A DNA stretch of 64,000 nt from Rhina ancylostomus. Lineage: Eukaryota. Made by a program: the position numbers and the translations under genes. This document shows, piece after piece, positions 13,715 through 27,301 of this stretch. Numbering within the stretch: the first letter of the stretch is position 1; every line of letters starts with the position of its first letter. The stretch covers positions 13,057,655 through 13,121,654 of the forward strand of contig JARFYF010000051.1 of NCBI GenBank assembly GCA_030265395.1. Direction: 5' to 3'. Under the pieces are notes generated by a model, which was not told the origin of the DNA, ran no database searches, and saw nothing but the letters and a program-made list of their open reading frames with translations.

Positions 13715-14915
13715 TATGAACATGCATGTGAATTAGGAACAGGAATAGGCCACTCGGCTCCTCAAGTCTGTCCCACCATTCAACAAGATCATGACTCATT
13801 TGATTGTAACGTCAACTCTATTCCTGTCTCCCCCAGTAACCTTCCATCTCCTTCATTAACAAGAATCTACCTATCTCTGCCATGAAAATATTCAATTACA
13901 CAGTTTCTACTAGCTTTTGAGGAAGAGAGTTCCAAAAACTCCTGACTCTATGAAAGAAAAAAAATACCCTCATCTCCATCATAAATGGCTAATCGCTTCT
14001 TTTTAAATGGTGATCCTCTCCACATTCATCCTGCCAAAACCCGGTCAGGGTCTTGTTTGTATGTTACAATTAAGTTACTGCTCACATCTTCTAAACTTAA
14101 ATGGATACAAGCCTAGTTTGCTCCATCTTTCATCAGAAGACAAACTGCCCATTTCAAGAGTCAAGCTCGTAAAATTTCTCTGAACTGCTTCCAATACATC
14201 TTAAGTAAGGAGAACAATATTATGCATGGGTCCCACCATTGCCCTGTATAACTGAAGCATCATTCCTCTAATTTTGTGTTCAGTTCCCCTGCAATAAATG
14301 ATAACATTCTGTTGGCCTTCCCAATTATTTGCTGTACCTGCGTACTGGCATTTTGCAAAGCATGCACTGGGACACCCATATCCATAGGCATCTTGAGACT
14401 TGCAATTTCTCAAACTTTAAGTAATATCTTTCTTTAGTTTTCTTGCCAAAATGAACAATTTCATACATTCCCACATTATACTTCATTTGCCAAATCTTTG
14501 CCCAAATGTTTGTTCTAAGTGAAACACTTTCTGAGCTCAAGAAAAATGCTTCTCTTTGTATTATCAGTAGATTTAGCTGTCATACCTTTGGTGCTGCCTT
14601 TCAAGTAATCTAAAAAGAATTGTAAAAAGTTGAAGCTCCAACATCATTCCCTATGGAACACCACTCATTACATTGTGCCAACCAGAAAAAGACCAACTCT
14701 CCGTTTCCAGNNNNNNNNNNNNNNNNNNNNNNNNNNNNNNNNNNNGATGTTATTTTCCACAACTTTGATGCAGCACCTTATCGAATGCTTTCTGGAAATC
14801 TAACGTTAACACATCTGCCACTTCCCTTTTATCTGCAGCACGTTACTTTTCCAAAGAACGCCAATAAATTAATTGAAAGTGACTTCCCTTTCACAAAATG
14901 ATGTTGACTTTGCCT
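13715..14915 (-). mobile_element. CR1 LINE, RT C-terminus + 3' UTR, decayed
   Basis: Minus-strand WAKIWQMKYNVG.YEIVHFG and MLQLYRAMVGP in track ORFs; CR1 tail near 13720. Confidence 0.85.
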
Positions 14916-15984
14916 TGAACTTTTCTGTTTTGCTATAATCTTTTAACATGCTTTTGCCAGTTTATTTTAAATAAACAAGTTTTTCTTTTATTTTCATCTT
15001 CAAGAGATTATCTTGAGTTAAAATTGCAGAATAATCTCTGAGAAATATGTTGAAGCATATAATTAATTTGACCAGCAGTAGTCTTTGGATTGACAAACCA
15101 GTGTAAGATAAATTGCTGACACATTAAATATCATGTTTACAGATGTCCTCAGCCGGCACATTTTAGAAGAGCTAAACACTGGAAGAATTTTCTTAATATA
15201 AAAATCACAAGGCTTAAATTTTATAGCTCACCAGCTCCAGCCATTTGGTAATAAATATTTTTTGTTGTTTAATTAATGTGACCAAATGACAAATATAAAA
15301 TAACAAAAAAATGAAGCCCAGAGGGAAATGTTCTGACATATTATTTATTTAGTATGCCGGTGGCAGAAACTATCTTGCCACTGTTATTCAAAGACATAAA
15401 ACAGACTGACCATCCATCCTGAAATTTTTGCTATTGCGGTCTGATCTCATGTTGCTAGTAAAATTATGTATGTGAAATGGTTGCTTTCTTCTCCCAATAA
15501 ATTGCCTCCAATTTTAAAATTTGAATAGGTGTTGGAACAAGTAAGGGGTTAGTAGAATTACAGTGTGTTCTCTGGCTATTGCCTCCAAGCCTAAACAACA
15601 GAGTCTGAAGCAATCTAATTTTATCTTTCATTGCTTGAAGAAATGACTGCTGTGCTTTTAAAAAAAAGAACAATTAAATTTGAGGTCTTATGCAGTTTTT
15701 ATTTATTATACTTCTAAAATTAACAGCAATTTTAATTTTCAAAATCTGCTTGCCAATACCACGTCTTTTCCCTGAAGCTGTACAAATGAGCTGATGTCAG
15801 ATAAAATTTCCCATCTCCATGACAGCACTGCAGAGCCTGACGAGTACAACGTTGTCTGAAACATTGTCCTTTGATTTATTACTTGGGCTTCTCAGAGGAT
15901 CCCATTGCATTATTCCAAAAGCTATGGAAACTCCAGTAAACAGGATGGAGCCAAGGCTTGATAAACCTTTACAAACGTATCGTT

Positions 15985-16520
15985 TTGGCCACGATTTGGA
16001 GCATTATGTCCAGTTCTGGGCTCATTTCANNNNNNNNNNTTTGGAAAGATGTGAAGACTTTAGAGAGGGTGCAGGAGAGATTTATCAACATGATTCCATG
16101 AACGAGGGACTTTAGCTATGTAGTTCGACTAGAGAAGCAGGTGTTGTTGGAACAGAGGAGGTCATGATGAGATCTGATAGAGGTATAGAAATCATGAAGG
16201 GTGCAAACAGAATAGGTAAAGACAAACTGTTCCATTGATGGGCAGGTCAAAAACTGAAGGACATAGAATGTAGATAATTAACAAAGAACCAAAAGTGACA
16301 TGAGGCATTTTTATTTTAAATACAGAGGTCTTTTTGATCTGGAATGCACTGCTAGCATAATAGTGAAGACGGATTCAGTTGTAGTATATGAAAGAAAAGT
16401 ATTTCCAGGTCTATGGGAAAAGGGCAGGGAAGAAGCACTAGCAAGATTGATCTTTCATAGAACCATTACAGATTTGACAGACCAAATGGGTTCTTCCATA
16501 CTGAAGCCATTTTGTGACAG
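15985..16520 (+). mobile_element. CR1 LINE 3' fragment
   Basis: LEHYVQFW..LERVQ motif; tail gaccaaatgggttcttccatactg. Confidence 0.8.
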
Positions 16521-16629
16521 CTAAAACAAAGTTTGTACAACCTTATTTTTAGTACTTTGTGGATCAGGTCAGATGTCTATCAATGCAAAAACTGTTGTTC
16601 TGATCACCTTCAAACCAATATGGGAAACC

Positions 16630-16965
16630 TAGGATCAAGAATAGGGCATCTAACTTGAGTTTATTCCACTGTTCATTGTTCACTGTTCACTGCTGATCTG
16701 TGAACTAACTCAATATACTCTCCTTTGCCCTAATCCCCCAGTGGCTTTAATTAACAGAGATCCAACAATCACAGATTTTAAATTGGTAGTTGGCAAAGAA
16801 TCAACAGCAATTTTCAGAAGAGAATTCCAAATTTCTATTAGCAATTTTGTGCAAACTTTCCTAACAGCTGAAATAGTTTTGCTCCATCTACTCTGCAGTA
16901 ACATCTTGCACAGGTCTATCAAATTTCGCAAGGAATACAATCCTAGTTTGTGTAAACTCACCTCA
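16630..16965 (-). mobile_element. CR1 LINE 3' fragment, decayed
   Basis: Minus ORF LHKLGLYSL..IWNSL; antisense tail at 16630. Confidence 0.65.
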
Positions 16966-17520
16966 CAGTGAACCTGCAGCTTTCAGTACTATTCTCACAG
17001 TCGTTAGCAAAGACAGGGAATAATTGAGGCATCACCACAGATCCCATAGAAGTTGCAAGTCACATGTTTACCACTTACAACACCACTTAAGAACTGATTA
17101 TTTGGTTATTTGTTTCAATTTACTAATTGGCTGGTGTGCTCCACTTAATGCAGCAAATATGGTCAAAAGTACCTCTTTGTCTATAAAGTTAAAGTGGCTA
17201 GAANNNNNNNNNNAGAATGTGGGAAAACAGCCAAGGGTACAGTGCAATGGTCAGGTCTAGTGTTTCAAGGACAGCGAATGATTAAGCAGAGAATGGTGTG
17301 AGTGGGCTTGTAATCTGAAGAAAACAACAGACCAGGTGACATTTATGTATGTGATTAGTTGTTGTTCTCGCTGTCTATTATGACACTAAATAGGAAAAAT
17401 ATCTGGCATGACCTCAAGTAGAATGGAATTATTGGCCACGTGATTGAACTTGTGGTATAATCGAACAGAATGGGCTTAATTTCCATTATTTGGATGGAGT
17501 AATTTCCTGCTCTTTCAGTA

Positions 17521-17757
17521 GGGCGGCATGGTAGCATAGCGGTTAGCATGACACTATTACAGCGCCAGTGATTGGGGTTCAATTCCCGTCGCTGTCTGTA
17601 AGGAATTTGTATGTTCTCCCGTGTCTGCGTGGGTTTCCTCCGGGTGATCCAGTTTCCTTCCACATTCCAAAGGGGTACAGGTAGGTTAACATGGGTTTAA
17701 AATGGGCGGCGCGGACTTGTTGGGCTGGAAGGGCCTGTTACCACACTGTAAATAAAA
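17521..17757 (+). mobile_element. tRNA-derived V-SINE (HE1-like) with CR1-type tail
   Basis: Pol III A box (tagcatagcgg) and B box (ggttcaattcc); V-domain gtgtctgcgtgggtttcctccgggtg; tail tgggctggaagggcctgtta..ctgtaaataaa. Confidence 0.9.
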
Positions 17758-18275
17758 TTGAAAAATTTAAATGTAAATTTACTTTGCCAGATAAGCTGAC
17801 ATTNNNNNNNNNNNNNNNNNNNNNNNNNNNNNNNNNNNNNNNNNNNNNNNNNNNNNNNNNNNNNNNNNNNNNNNNNNNNNNNNNNNNNNNNNNNNNNNNN
17901 NNNAAATTGCATTATTGGCCACTGATTCCAGACAAATGGGTTTTGAACAACTTATAGCAGTTCATTAATCAACTTCTTTGATTCACTGGTGAATGTGGTG
18001 TATTTACTTTCGAATTGTTTCTAGTTCTGCAACAAACACCATTTAAGAGCTGGTTTTATGTAAACACTACAAGTACAACACAAAGCCAACTTGAATGTAT
18101 GGCAACCAATTTGTTCTGAAATATGGCCTGTTTCATGCTGCTGATGCACAAACACTAGGAACCGAATTGACATTGCCAATACTTATTTTACTTCTTGTAG
18201 CTGTCAGAGAGAAAGCACTTGCATTCCATCAATCTAGTCTTGATTCCAGCCAGGTTGTAGAGGTGAAAGGTCACT

Positions 18276-18730
18276 TGTTATGAACCAGCAACAAAAGAAA
18301 CACACTGAGTCATGATTCAGTGTGATTCAGTTAAAAACTACTTTATTAGTAACTACTCATGATAATAAGTAAAATCAAAATAAAATGTTAGAATGTTTGA
18401 AGTAAAAATGCTAAACCCTNNNNNNNNNNNNNNNNNNNNNNNNNNNNNNNNNNNNNNNNNNNNNNNNNNNNNNNNNNNNNNNNNNNNNNNNNNNNNNNNN
18501 NNNNNNNNNNNNNNNNNNNCCATACGTGGATTGCAGTGACAGTCACAGTTATTGTTTCTCATCCATCGATAGAGAAAACAAGCAGGCTAGTCTCTCCCCC
18601 TCTCCCCCTCTGACGGACTCCAACTGGCTGTTCCAACAACATCATGATGTGCTTTATCTTCTGTTGACGTAAGCACACCACACACACTATCTTAAAGGGA
18701 CTTTCACTAATAGTAACCTAGTCCGTAACA
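18276..18730 (-). mobile_element. Solo LTR (Gypsy/BEL-like), contains an N gap
   Basis: Termini TGTTA...TAACA; flanks tcact/acact (5-bp TSD, one mismatch); AATAAA on the minus strand near 18342. Confidence 0.7.
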
Positions 18731-20299
18731 ACACTATACCTTTCATACTTTCTTATCCAAGCAGTTGTTAGTGTTTCACCCTACAGTTTGATTGAGTTAA
18801 CTATTTCTATAATGATCAAAGCGGTGAAGAGATCAAGATGTGCAATGCTTGTGAAAATTCTTCATGCTATTCACTTTCTTGACAATTTACTTTCTTCCCC
18901 AACCTCACACCCCCACAGATTCCCCCAATAACTGACTTCTCTCCAGCATCTTTGCTAGGTCACATCGCCACAGGCAGCAGTTGCTTTGGTTAGATGGCTA
19001 TTTTTCTTGAGCTGAGCTGTTTGATCATAGTAACCATTGGAGCAACACTGACTTTTATCTTTATTATGTATATATACATCCTAACATTGGTTACCCAATG
19101 ACAAACAGGACATCTTATGCAATGAGATGTCATTAATTAGCAATCGCATAATAAGAGATAACCTTTGTGTTATGTATAACTCCTGCCAGTGATGAATTTC
19201 CCCCGATTCTATTTGAGTTCAGTTTTAACAGGGCTCCTTGATTTTAAGTCAAATGTAGATTTAAGATTTCCATAATAATTGCATTACGCTTGATTTAATA
19301 CCCTTAATTTCTTGCATTACTTTGACTGTTTGAAGACCTCCAAGTGAATCCCAACATTGTGTTTTACCCTTGGCCGTTTCTGTGCTCTGGCTAAACTGAT
19401 ATTACTTCTTGATTTTCTGAGCTCAGATCCTTCTTTTCTCCTGCCTTTATCCCATGCTTTAATACCAGGGTGATGCTGTCTTCATTTTGACTAAACCTTC
19501 TAAAAGTTGAATTCTCAATCTTAGTTATAACACAGTAAAACTGCACCTATTCACTTCTATTTGTGCCATTAATTCACCTATTTTGAGATGAAGCATTCAG
19601 ATAAAGAGCCTTTAGTTTTGTCTTTTTTTTACATTTTCCCCTTCTCTGACTCTATTTGGAGGTATACTCTTATATTTGTATGCTCTGACCCTTCCTGGCA
19701 CACTCTGGTTATCATCTGGTTATTGAGAAACCCACATGGTATTTATTTTAAAGCCTTTTCTACAACACTAGTTATTGGATTCATTAGTACCAGCCTGACT
19801 GAAATGAAGTCTGTTCCAATTGACAGTTCCCCAGTAATGATGCTAGTGTCCCACATATTGAAATGCATTTCTTCCACATTAATCTATGAGCTCTGCAGTC
19901 AATTCTCTGACTCTATTTATCCTATGTTAAATAGAGTCAGAATTGAATTGTTAACCTTGTGATCCCAAGGAGATGTCCTTAATCCTGGCATTGGGAAGGC
20001 AACATCACTTCAGGAGTCACACTAACAGCTGAGGGTAGCAGCAACTATCCCTCTAACTCCACAATTCAGTGTGACACCACATTCATTTTCAGCCCCCCAC
20101 CCGCCAATGAATAGCCCAGTGTATCGTGATATTGTAGTCAATTTGCTTATCCTCTCTGCAGTCTGCTCTCATCCTCACTGGCCACAATAATCTTGTACAT
20201 TTTGCATAAGTGCTAGGGTTGAAGTTGCTCCAACAGTGTCTTCTGGCTCCCCATGCCCATGTCACACCCTCCTGACTGAATCAATTTTTAAAAACTTTA

Positions 20300-21600
20300 T
20301 TCATTTTTCAATATCTGAGCATTGATAAAAAGGCCATTTTCCATCTTTGATTGACTTTGACAAGGTGATAGTGAGCCTCCTTGAACTACTGTAATCCTTC
20401 TGGTGAAAAAGCACCCACAGCGCTGTTGGGTTGGAAGTTCCTACAACGATGAGAGTTCAGCGATATATTTCCAAATCAAGATGTGTGAACTTGAAGGAGA
20501 ACCTGCAGATGGTGATGTTCCAGGATTTGAACCCAGCGATGAAGGACTTGTGATATAGTTCTGTGTCAGGATGGTGTGTGACTCAGAGGGCAATCTACAA
20601 GTGACGGTGTCTTCATGTGCCTGCTGCCCTTNNNNNNNNNNNNNNNNNNNNNNNNNNNNNNNNNNNNNNNNNNNNNNNNTACATTGTTCTGTTGAATCTC
20701 TTGAGAATTGTTGGTGCTTACTCGTAGGCAAGTGGAAAGTATTCCATTGCACTTACGACTTTTACCTTGTAGAAGGTGGAAAAGCTTTGGGATGTTGGGA
20801 GTGAGTCATTTGCTGCAAGGTACCCTGCCTCTGACCTGTTCTTGAAGCCATGGTATTTATGTAACTGGTCCAGTTGAGTTTCTGCTCAATGGTGATCCCT
20901 GGTCTATTGGCAATGGAAATGCCATAAACTGTCAAGGCAAAATGGTTAGACTTGTTCTTGTTGGAGATGGTACGTCTGTGGTGCAAATGTCATTTGCCAC
21001 TTATCAGCCTGTACCTTAATGTTACTAAATTTTGCTACATGTCTAGATTGTTAACCACTTAGCATAACCACTTCTGATCTGGAAAGAAGGTTGCTGATAA
21101 AGCAACTGAAGATGATTGGGCCCACGACACTGCCCTGAGGATGTAGAATCATCCCTCTGATGTCCTGGCACTAGGATAATTAAACATCCACAGCCATCTT
21201 TCTTTGTGCGTGGTATGGTTCCAACTGTTGGACAATTTTGATGCCCATTGACTTAAGTTTTACCGAAAACTCCTGGCTCCATCTACCTATTATTCCCTCC
21301 CAATCTCGTTTCACCTATCACCTATCAGCCTCTGTCTCACCCCTCCCTCTCACTTCTATATACTGATTATCTTCCCACTACACTCTCAGTTCTGATGCAG
21401 GTCTCAACCCCAAAACATCAACCATCCCTTTACCTTCACAGTTGCTGCTTGACCCACTGAGTTCTTCCAACCAGTTTATTTTTTGCCAGAGATTCCAGTA
21501 TCTGCAGTGTCTTGTCTCCTTATTACCACATTTGGTCAAATGCTGCCTTGATGTAAAGTGTACTCACTCTCTCCTCACCTCTGAAATTCAGTAGAACTTC
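20300..21600 (-). mobile_element. Family B LINE, decayed, interrupted by a Penelope pLTR at ~21280-21520
   Basis: Minus ORF TIEQKLNWTSYINTMASRTGQR; antisense GVPQG-like ctgccctgagga; homologous to 32620-33440 and 56060-57062. Confidence 0.75.
21280..21520 (+). mobile_element. Penelope pLTR with hammerhead-like core (21392-21419)
   Basis: CT-rich leader, then CTGATGCAG-GTCTCAACCC-CAAAACATC and the cacagttgctgc..gattccagtatctgcagt tail. Confidence 0.75.
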
Positions 21601-23149
21601 ATCTAAGAGTTGTGATTACCAATTGGAATAAAGTTACTTCCTACACCCTGATGCATCGTGGTGTCTGAAGCTCAGAATGCAGCTCATTAACTCTAAGATG
21701 AAGTTTGTCAAACTGCAGGTAATTACTGCAGATGTGGTTGTCATGGATGTCAAATGATTTCCACAAATTTTGCTTTGTTGGGCATACAGACTTATTTTGC
21801 CAGGTAGACCTCAATTAACCGGTTGGAGATTAAAAGCTACTTGTTTGCCACTCTCTATCACTGCTGTTGTGAACTACAAGGCAATATTATTTAACTGTAA
21901 AATGAAATTAAACAAACACATTTTTAAATTTGAAAATTATAAACATTTTCACTTTGATTTGTACATTTGACAGGATTGAAGCTCTGAGACTCTAGTATGT
22001 ATTCCCCTATTCCAATGAACAGCTCCACACCCAAACAGAATATGCATTTAAATGTATTACCTAAAGTTTCTGCACTGATTGTCATGGTTCTGAGTTCTGG
22101 CCCTCATTTGGCTCCATTAATGCCTTGTTGTCCAGCACATGGATTCCATGCTGNNNNNNNNNNNNNNNNNNNNNNNNNNNNNNNNNNNNNNNNNNNNNNN
22201 NNNNNNNNNNNNNNNNNNNNNNNNNNNNNNNNNNNNNNNNNNNNNNNNNNNNNGTTACTGCCTGCATTTGTCCTGAGGAAGTATCCTGACTCCAGTCTTG
22301 TATCGGTGTGCTGCATTTGGGTTCTCTGTGCGTTTGCTCTCGATCAACATTGTGACACTGATAGCTTATTTCTTTGTGTGTTGGGTTGGTGATCCTCAGT
22401 TAACTTGCATAAGTCAGTGGCTCTTCATTTTTCTCTTTGCCCTTTTTACTTTGACTGTAACCTCACATGGACACATATTTTGTGAATTTATTCTATCTAG
22501 CAGATGGAAGATTTCTGTCAAGATGCTGAACTGTAGCTTGAGTCACATGATGAGCCAGTCTCCACAAGCCAGTTTGACTCAGTGACCCCTAATTACTCAT
22601 ATCAAATTATGATGCACCTAGATTAAAGTTCAAATAAAATAAAGAATGCAATATTGACCAAATGTTTTGTCAGCATCAAGGTTGGCCTTGGTGACTTTGT
22701 AAAGCAAAGGAATAAAAGAGAGATTGGCTGTGATCCTGTTTGCATCTTATAGTATTCCTTCACTTTGTCACATTAGAGATGCAAAGCAACACTGATGCTT
22801 GGAGATATTTATAACTTTCTAAAAAATAGTCTTTGAAAATATTGTTTTACAAGCACCATGTGATCCACATTTTGTTTGTATAAAATGAGCTTTGTAGATA
22901 AATTCCACATTTTGAGCAGCTCTTTTGAAGCATTGTTGGTTGCCTGCAGTTATGGAATCTAATTTTATACATTACCTTTGACACAGCTACTGTGCATATT
23001 TGAAAGAAATAGCTTTGTTCTTTTTATGATGATTTAACTTAAGAACCAATTTGTATGAGGACATCTGTTTCCTTTTGGTTTCAGCACCTTTCAAAGCCAG
23101 ACAGAATAGTAAAGTTTCTTAAAATATGGCTGCTGAGAAAATACTGAGG

Positions 23150-23410
23150 AAAAAAATGGCCTAATGAGTTAGAGCACTCTTCTTTCATCTCTGACACAGA
23201 GATTCAGGTCTAATGCAGACTTATGTAATGGAAGTCTCTGTCTTTTACTGGTAGTGAATTTGAGCTACATCTCAAGCCAGGAACAACACCACAAAATTGC
23301 CCATAATTCATCATTAGTTGGCATCATTAGGGGAGTTTCACTGTGTGCCCTGGGTATAATCAGTGAGTTAGGAATACCTTTCTAAAACTGAAGCTACAGT
23401 ATATTGTAAT
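23150..23410 (+). mobile_element. Ancient tRNA-headed SINE resembling LF-SINE
   Basis: atggcctaatgagtt..ctttcatctct..ttcaggtc head; gtgaatttgag..tctcaag; caccacaaaattgcccataatt..cattagttggca. Collinear with the LF-SINE consensus as recalled. Confidence 0.5.
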
Positions 23411-23599
23411 TTCATTATTATGTGCTGCATTATTGAAGATGTGTTCTTTTTGGCTTGCAAATTTTCTTTGTGGAAAGAAAAGTAAGTGAATTTGGGTTAA
23501 CTAAAAGTATGCTGAGCATATGTTAGAATGATCAGAAGATAAAATTATGCACCTGCTCTTAAGGCTATTCCATTTTTTACACAAACATTTTTAAAAACA

Positions 23600-25060
23600 A
23601 ATATGCTTGGCAAGTAAAATTAAGGTGAGTCCCAAGACATTCTATTTGTATATCAAAAGCAAAAGGGCAGCTAGGGAAAGAGTGGGTCCCCTGAGGGACC
23701 AAAGGGGCAACTTATGTATGGAACCAAGCGATGTGAGCAAGGTGCTCATCTGTATCCACCAAAGAGGATATGGAAGATGTTGAGTTCAGGAAAGTTACGT
23801 GAATAAGCTGGAACAGGTCAGTATTAAGAAGGAGGAGGTGTCAGATGTCATGGGATGCAAAAGGGTTGATAAGTCCCTAAGACTGGATAATATCTATCCC
23901 AGGTTGCTATGGGAAGCAGAGGAGATAGCTTGGGTCCTAATGGAGATTTTTGCATCTTGCTTAGCCATGGGTGAGGTACCAGAAGACTGGAGGATGCTAA
24001 GTTGTTTTTTTTATTTAAGGAAGTCTGCAGGAATAAGCTAAGTAACTGCAGGCTGGTGAGCCTTACGTCAGTGACAGGGAAATTTTTGGATAGAATCCTA
24101 AGGGGTAGGATTTGTGTACATTTGGGAAGGCATGGGGTTGATCAGGGATAGTCAGTGTGACTTTGGACAGGGGAAGCCCTGCTTTACTAATTTGAATTAT
24201 ATCTTTTGAGGAGGTATCTCAGAAGATTGAAGGCAGGGCAGTAGACATTGCCTATGTGGACTTTAGTAAGGTATTTGACAAAGTCCCACATGGAAGGCTG
24301 GTCCAGAAATTTAGGGCAAATGGGATCCAAGGTGAGCTGGCTGATTGAATCCAAAATTGGCTTGTTGATAAGAGGCAGAATGTGGTGGTGGAAGGATGCT
24401 TTTCCAATTTTTCCATTTGGAAGTCTGTGACCAGTGGAATAGTTGTTGGGACCCTTGTTGTTTGTAATGTATATTAATGACTTGGTTATGAATGTCTGTG
24501 GATGACATGAAAATTGGTAGTGTGATGGTGAGGAAGGTTTTCTCAGGCACAATATAGATCAAATGGAAAGCTGGCAGAGCATGTGGAATTTAATCCCAAC
24601 AAGTGCAAGGTGATGCATTTTGGGAGAGAGTGCAGAGAAGATTCACCAGGACTTTGGTTGGATTTACAGGACTTTTGATATGGGAAGAGATTGGATAAGG
24701 CTGGACTTGTTTTCTATGGAGCAAATGAGGCTGAGACTTCTAACAGATGTTTATAAAATTATAAGAGGCATAGATAGGGTAGATTGTCAGGATCTTTTTC
24801 CCATTGCAGTGGTCTCAAAAACAAGAGGGCATAGGTTTAATGTGAGAAGAAGAAATTTAAAAGAGGATTTGAGGGGAAAATCCCAGAGGATGTGGTGGAT
24901 TCAGATACAATCACTTTATTTAAGGCATTTAGACACTTAAATAGGTAAGACAAAGACATAGTGTCGGAAAATAGGATTAGTGTAGATGGGGAAAATGGTT
25001 GACATGGACGTGGTGGGCTGAAGGGCCCTTTTCTGTGCTCTGCAGCTCTGTGACTCTAAA
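23600..25060 (+). mobile_element. CR1 LINE, RT region to 3' tail, frameshifted, internal deletion near 24625
   Basis: DKS..DNIYPRLLWEA, EVPEDW, DFSKVFDKVPH, TRGHRFNV; tail gtgggctgaagggcc. Confidence 0.92.
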
Positions 25061-25885
25061 TGATTAATGGACCCCAATTTTCCCATTAGAAGTGGAACTC
25101 CATAACTTGAAACAATTTTCATTATGCTTCAGAGTTATTACTGTTGTTTTCATAGATTATGAACAAGCAAAACCATAAAAATTTTATTTTGAATGTATTT
25201 ATGACTGTACACCATAACCAGACCATTCTTTTCTTCTAGGATTTTTCTTCATGTCTCACTGAGGGCACTTGACATTGGTTGCATAAAGGTGCAAAATCTT
25301 TCTTACCAAGCAATTTGATGAGTATGAAATTTATGAAAATAGAAATTGATGATTCTATGGTAGAAAAGAATGCAGGTGTAGTGCACTTATTCTTGTTAAG
25401 ATTTGTAGGACAACTGGAACTAAAAATTTAATCATGTGATAGTGTTTTTGCATTGAAGTTAATCTAAAACCCAATTGCTAAACACAATTGGATATCCTCA
25501 TACTTATTTTAGGATTCCAGAAACTTGATTAAGGTTGTCTGAGTGTATGAAACCGGGCTAGAGATCATCAAAGCAAAGTTGCTTTGCTTGCAGCTTTGGA
25601 CTTATCCCACAGTTTCTGTAAGATTACTTGTACAACATCTGTGGTTGCTGACTCTAACAGACTTGGTTTATTGCACATCATGCAGTTTGGATATTGCTTT
25701 CCCAATGTCTCCAGCAAAACTTTAATGTACTGAAGAGTTTCTAGAACCTCTTGTTTTAAACCATCTATTTATATTTAATGTTATATCTACTAGATAGATC
25801 CAATTGGTTTCCAGCACTTACAGAGCTGCCTCTCTAAAGAGACACATCAACAAAATAATTTGCCCCAGTTTAACTTTATTTTCAG

Positions 25886-25982
25886 CATCAGCCACACAAG
25901 CCGAAGTCCTTACCTTGGTGAAGAGAATGGACTTGATTATCATTTTGTATCTGATGAAGAGTTTGAAGAAATGATTCAAATG
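25886..25982 (+). CDS. LRGUK: LRGUK exon, GK signature: (C)[32 protein letters not shown]
   Basis: ttttcag acceptor, ATG/gtaaga donor; 97 bp, phase 2 to 0; guanylate kinase T-[ST]-R..GE..G.DY.F motif. Confidence 0.96.
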
Positions 25983-27301
25983 GTAAGAATTACCTGACAG
26001 TCAATGATTGGACATTATGAATTTATTATAATGTTTTCTGAAATTCTTTGGGAGCTCCCACCAAGATGTGGGTTCTGTTAGTATATGTGCAATAGATTCT
26101 TCTTCAAAGCTTACAAAGTTGCCTTCAGTATACCACAATGATCTAAGCTTTTTAATGTTGTCTCTTGGTGATGGTCATCTTACTTAGTGAATGTAGGAAA
26201 GACTTGTTGAACAAGCTAATGTATTGATACTACAATATTTAACATTGACACTACCCACTTTTACCTCTTTTATTTTCCACTCCATAACTGTTGTCGTGTG
26301 ATGTCTGAATTGTAAATGAACTGGGACTTCTGGTTAAATACCAGCTATCATACTTGGTTTTTGCAATATTCTGTGCATCTTCAGCTAAGATTCCAACTTG
26401 CCATACAATTTTGTGGCTGCTTGAATGTGGGTGGCAATCAAACCACAAACCAGTTCAATAATGTTAGTCCTTTCTCATATCTTAACTATTGTCCATAGTG
26501 ACTACCTCAACTCCACTACCTTTGAAACCCTCAGTACGTGCTTCTCTTGCCTTCAAAGGCATTCTACGTTGTTATCCTCACCAGGCTTTCAAGTTCTGCA
26601 ATACAGCAGACTCTAAGCAATCCCAAGCCTTGCTGGCTTCGCTGAATCCAGTTAATTTCTACTGACTGTCCCACTCTAGCTTGCTCTGTCACAGCACATA
26701 GCATTCAAAGTTTTCACCATCTTTAAGATCACCAGTTCATTTTATCTCCTTCATCAATGCAGACCAATTTACTTAACCCCACTAATGGATATGGGTTATG
26801 CACATACCCTTCCCCTTTTGTTCCAACTTGGTGTAGAGCCTTGAGCCATATCAGCCTTGTATTGAGAATTTGTTTCTTAATATCTCTCTCTATTAATATT
26901 TCTCCTCATGTATAAGGTTGTTGAAATATCTCTTTTAAAAATGGTTGTTCGTCAATTTCATTAATCCTTCTACTTTCTGTGAATGATCTAATAGCCCAAG
27001 AGCTGAAGATAGCGGAGAATTGCCCACACTTGCTCCTGCCCATTTAACAAAGTACAAACTTACCTGACATAATTTGCCCAATCAGGAACTTACGAGGCCC
27101 TATGCATTTACAGGGTCTTCCATGACGCAAGGATTGTGGGGGTACCAGAACAAGTCTTACTGACAAAAATACTGAAAAACTTCCAAAGCTCATTAACCAA
27201 CAATAGGGAGACACTGTCTGCACCAGGGTCCACCTGGCACAGGAAGTTTAGCTGTACCAGTAGCTAATTTTCAAACAAATATCCTCATTGTACCAGACTC
27301 A

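Noticed and set aside
17521-17590. tRNA-like A/B boxes (also at 27706 and 53700-53760)
   Set aside because: These are SINE heads continuing into the V-domain, not tRNA genes.
20437-20615. Tandem ~85-bp diverged duplication inside a family B LINE
   Set aside because: Explained by two abutting or recombined LINE fragments; no sign of function.
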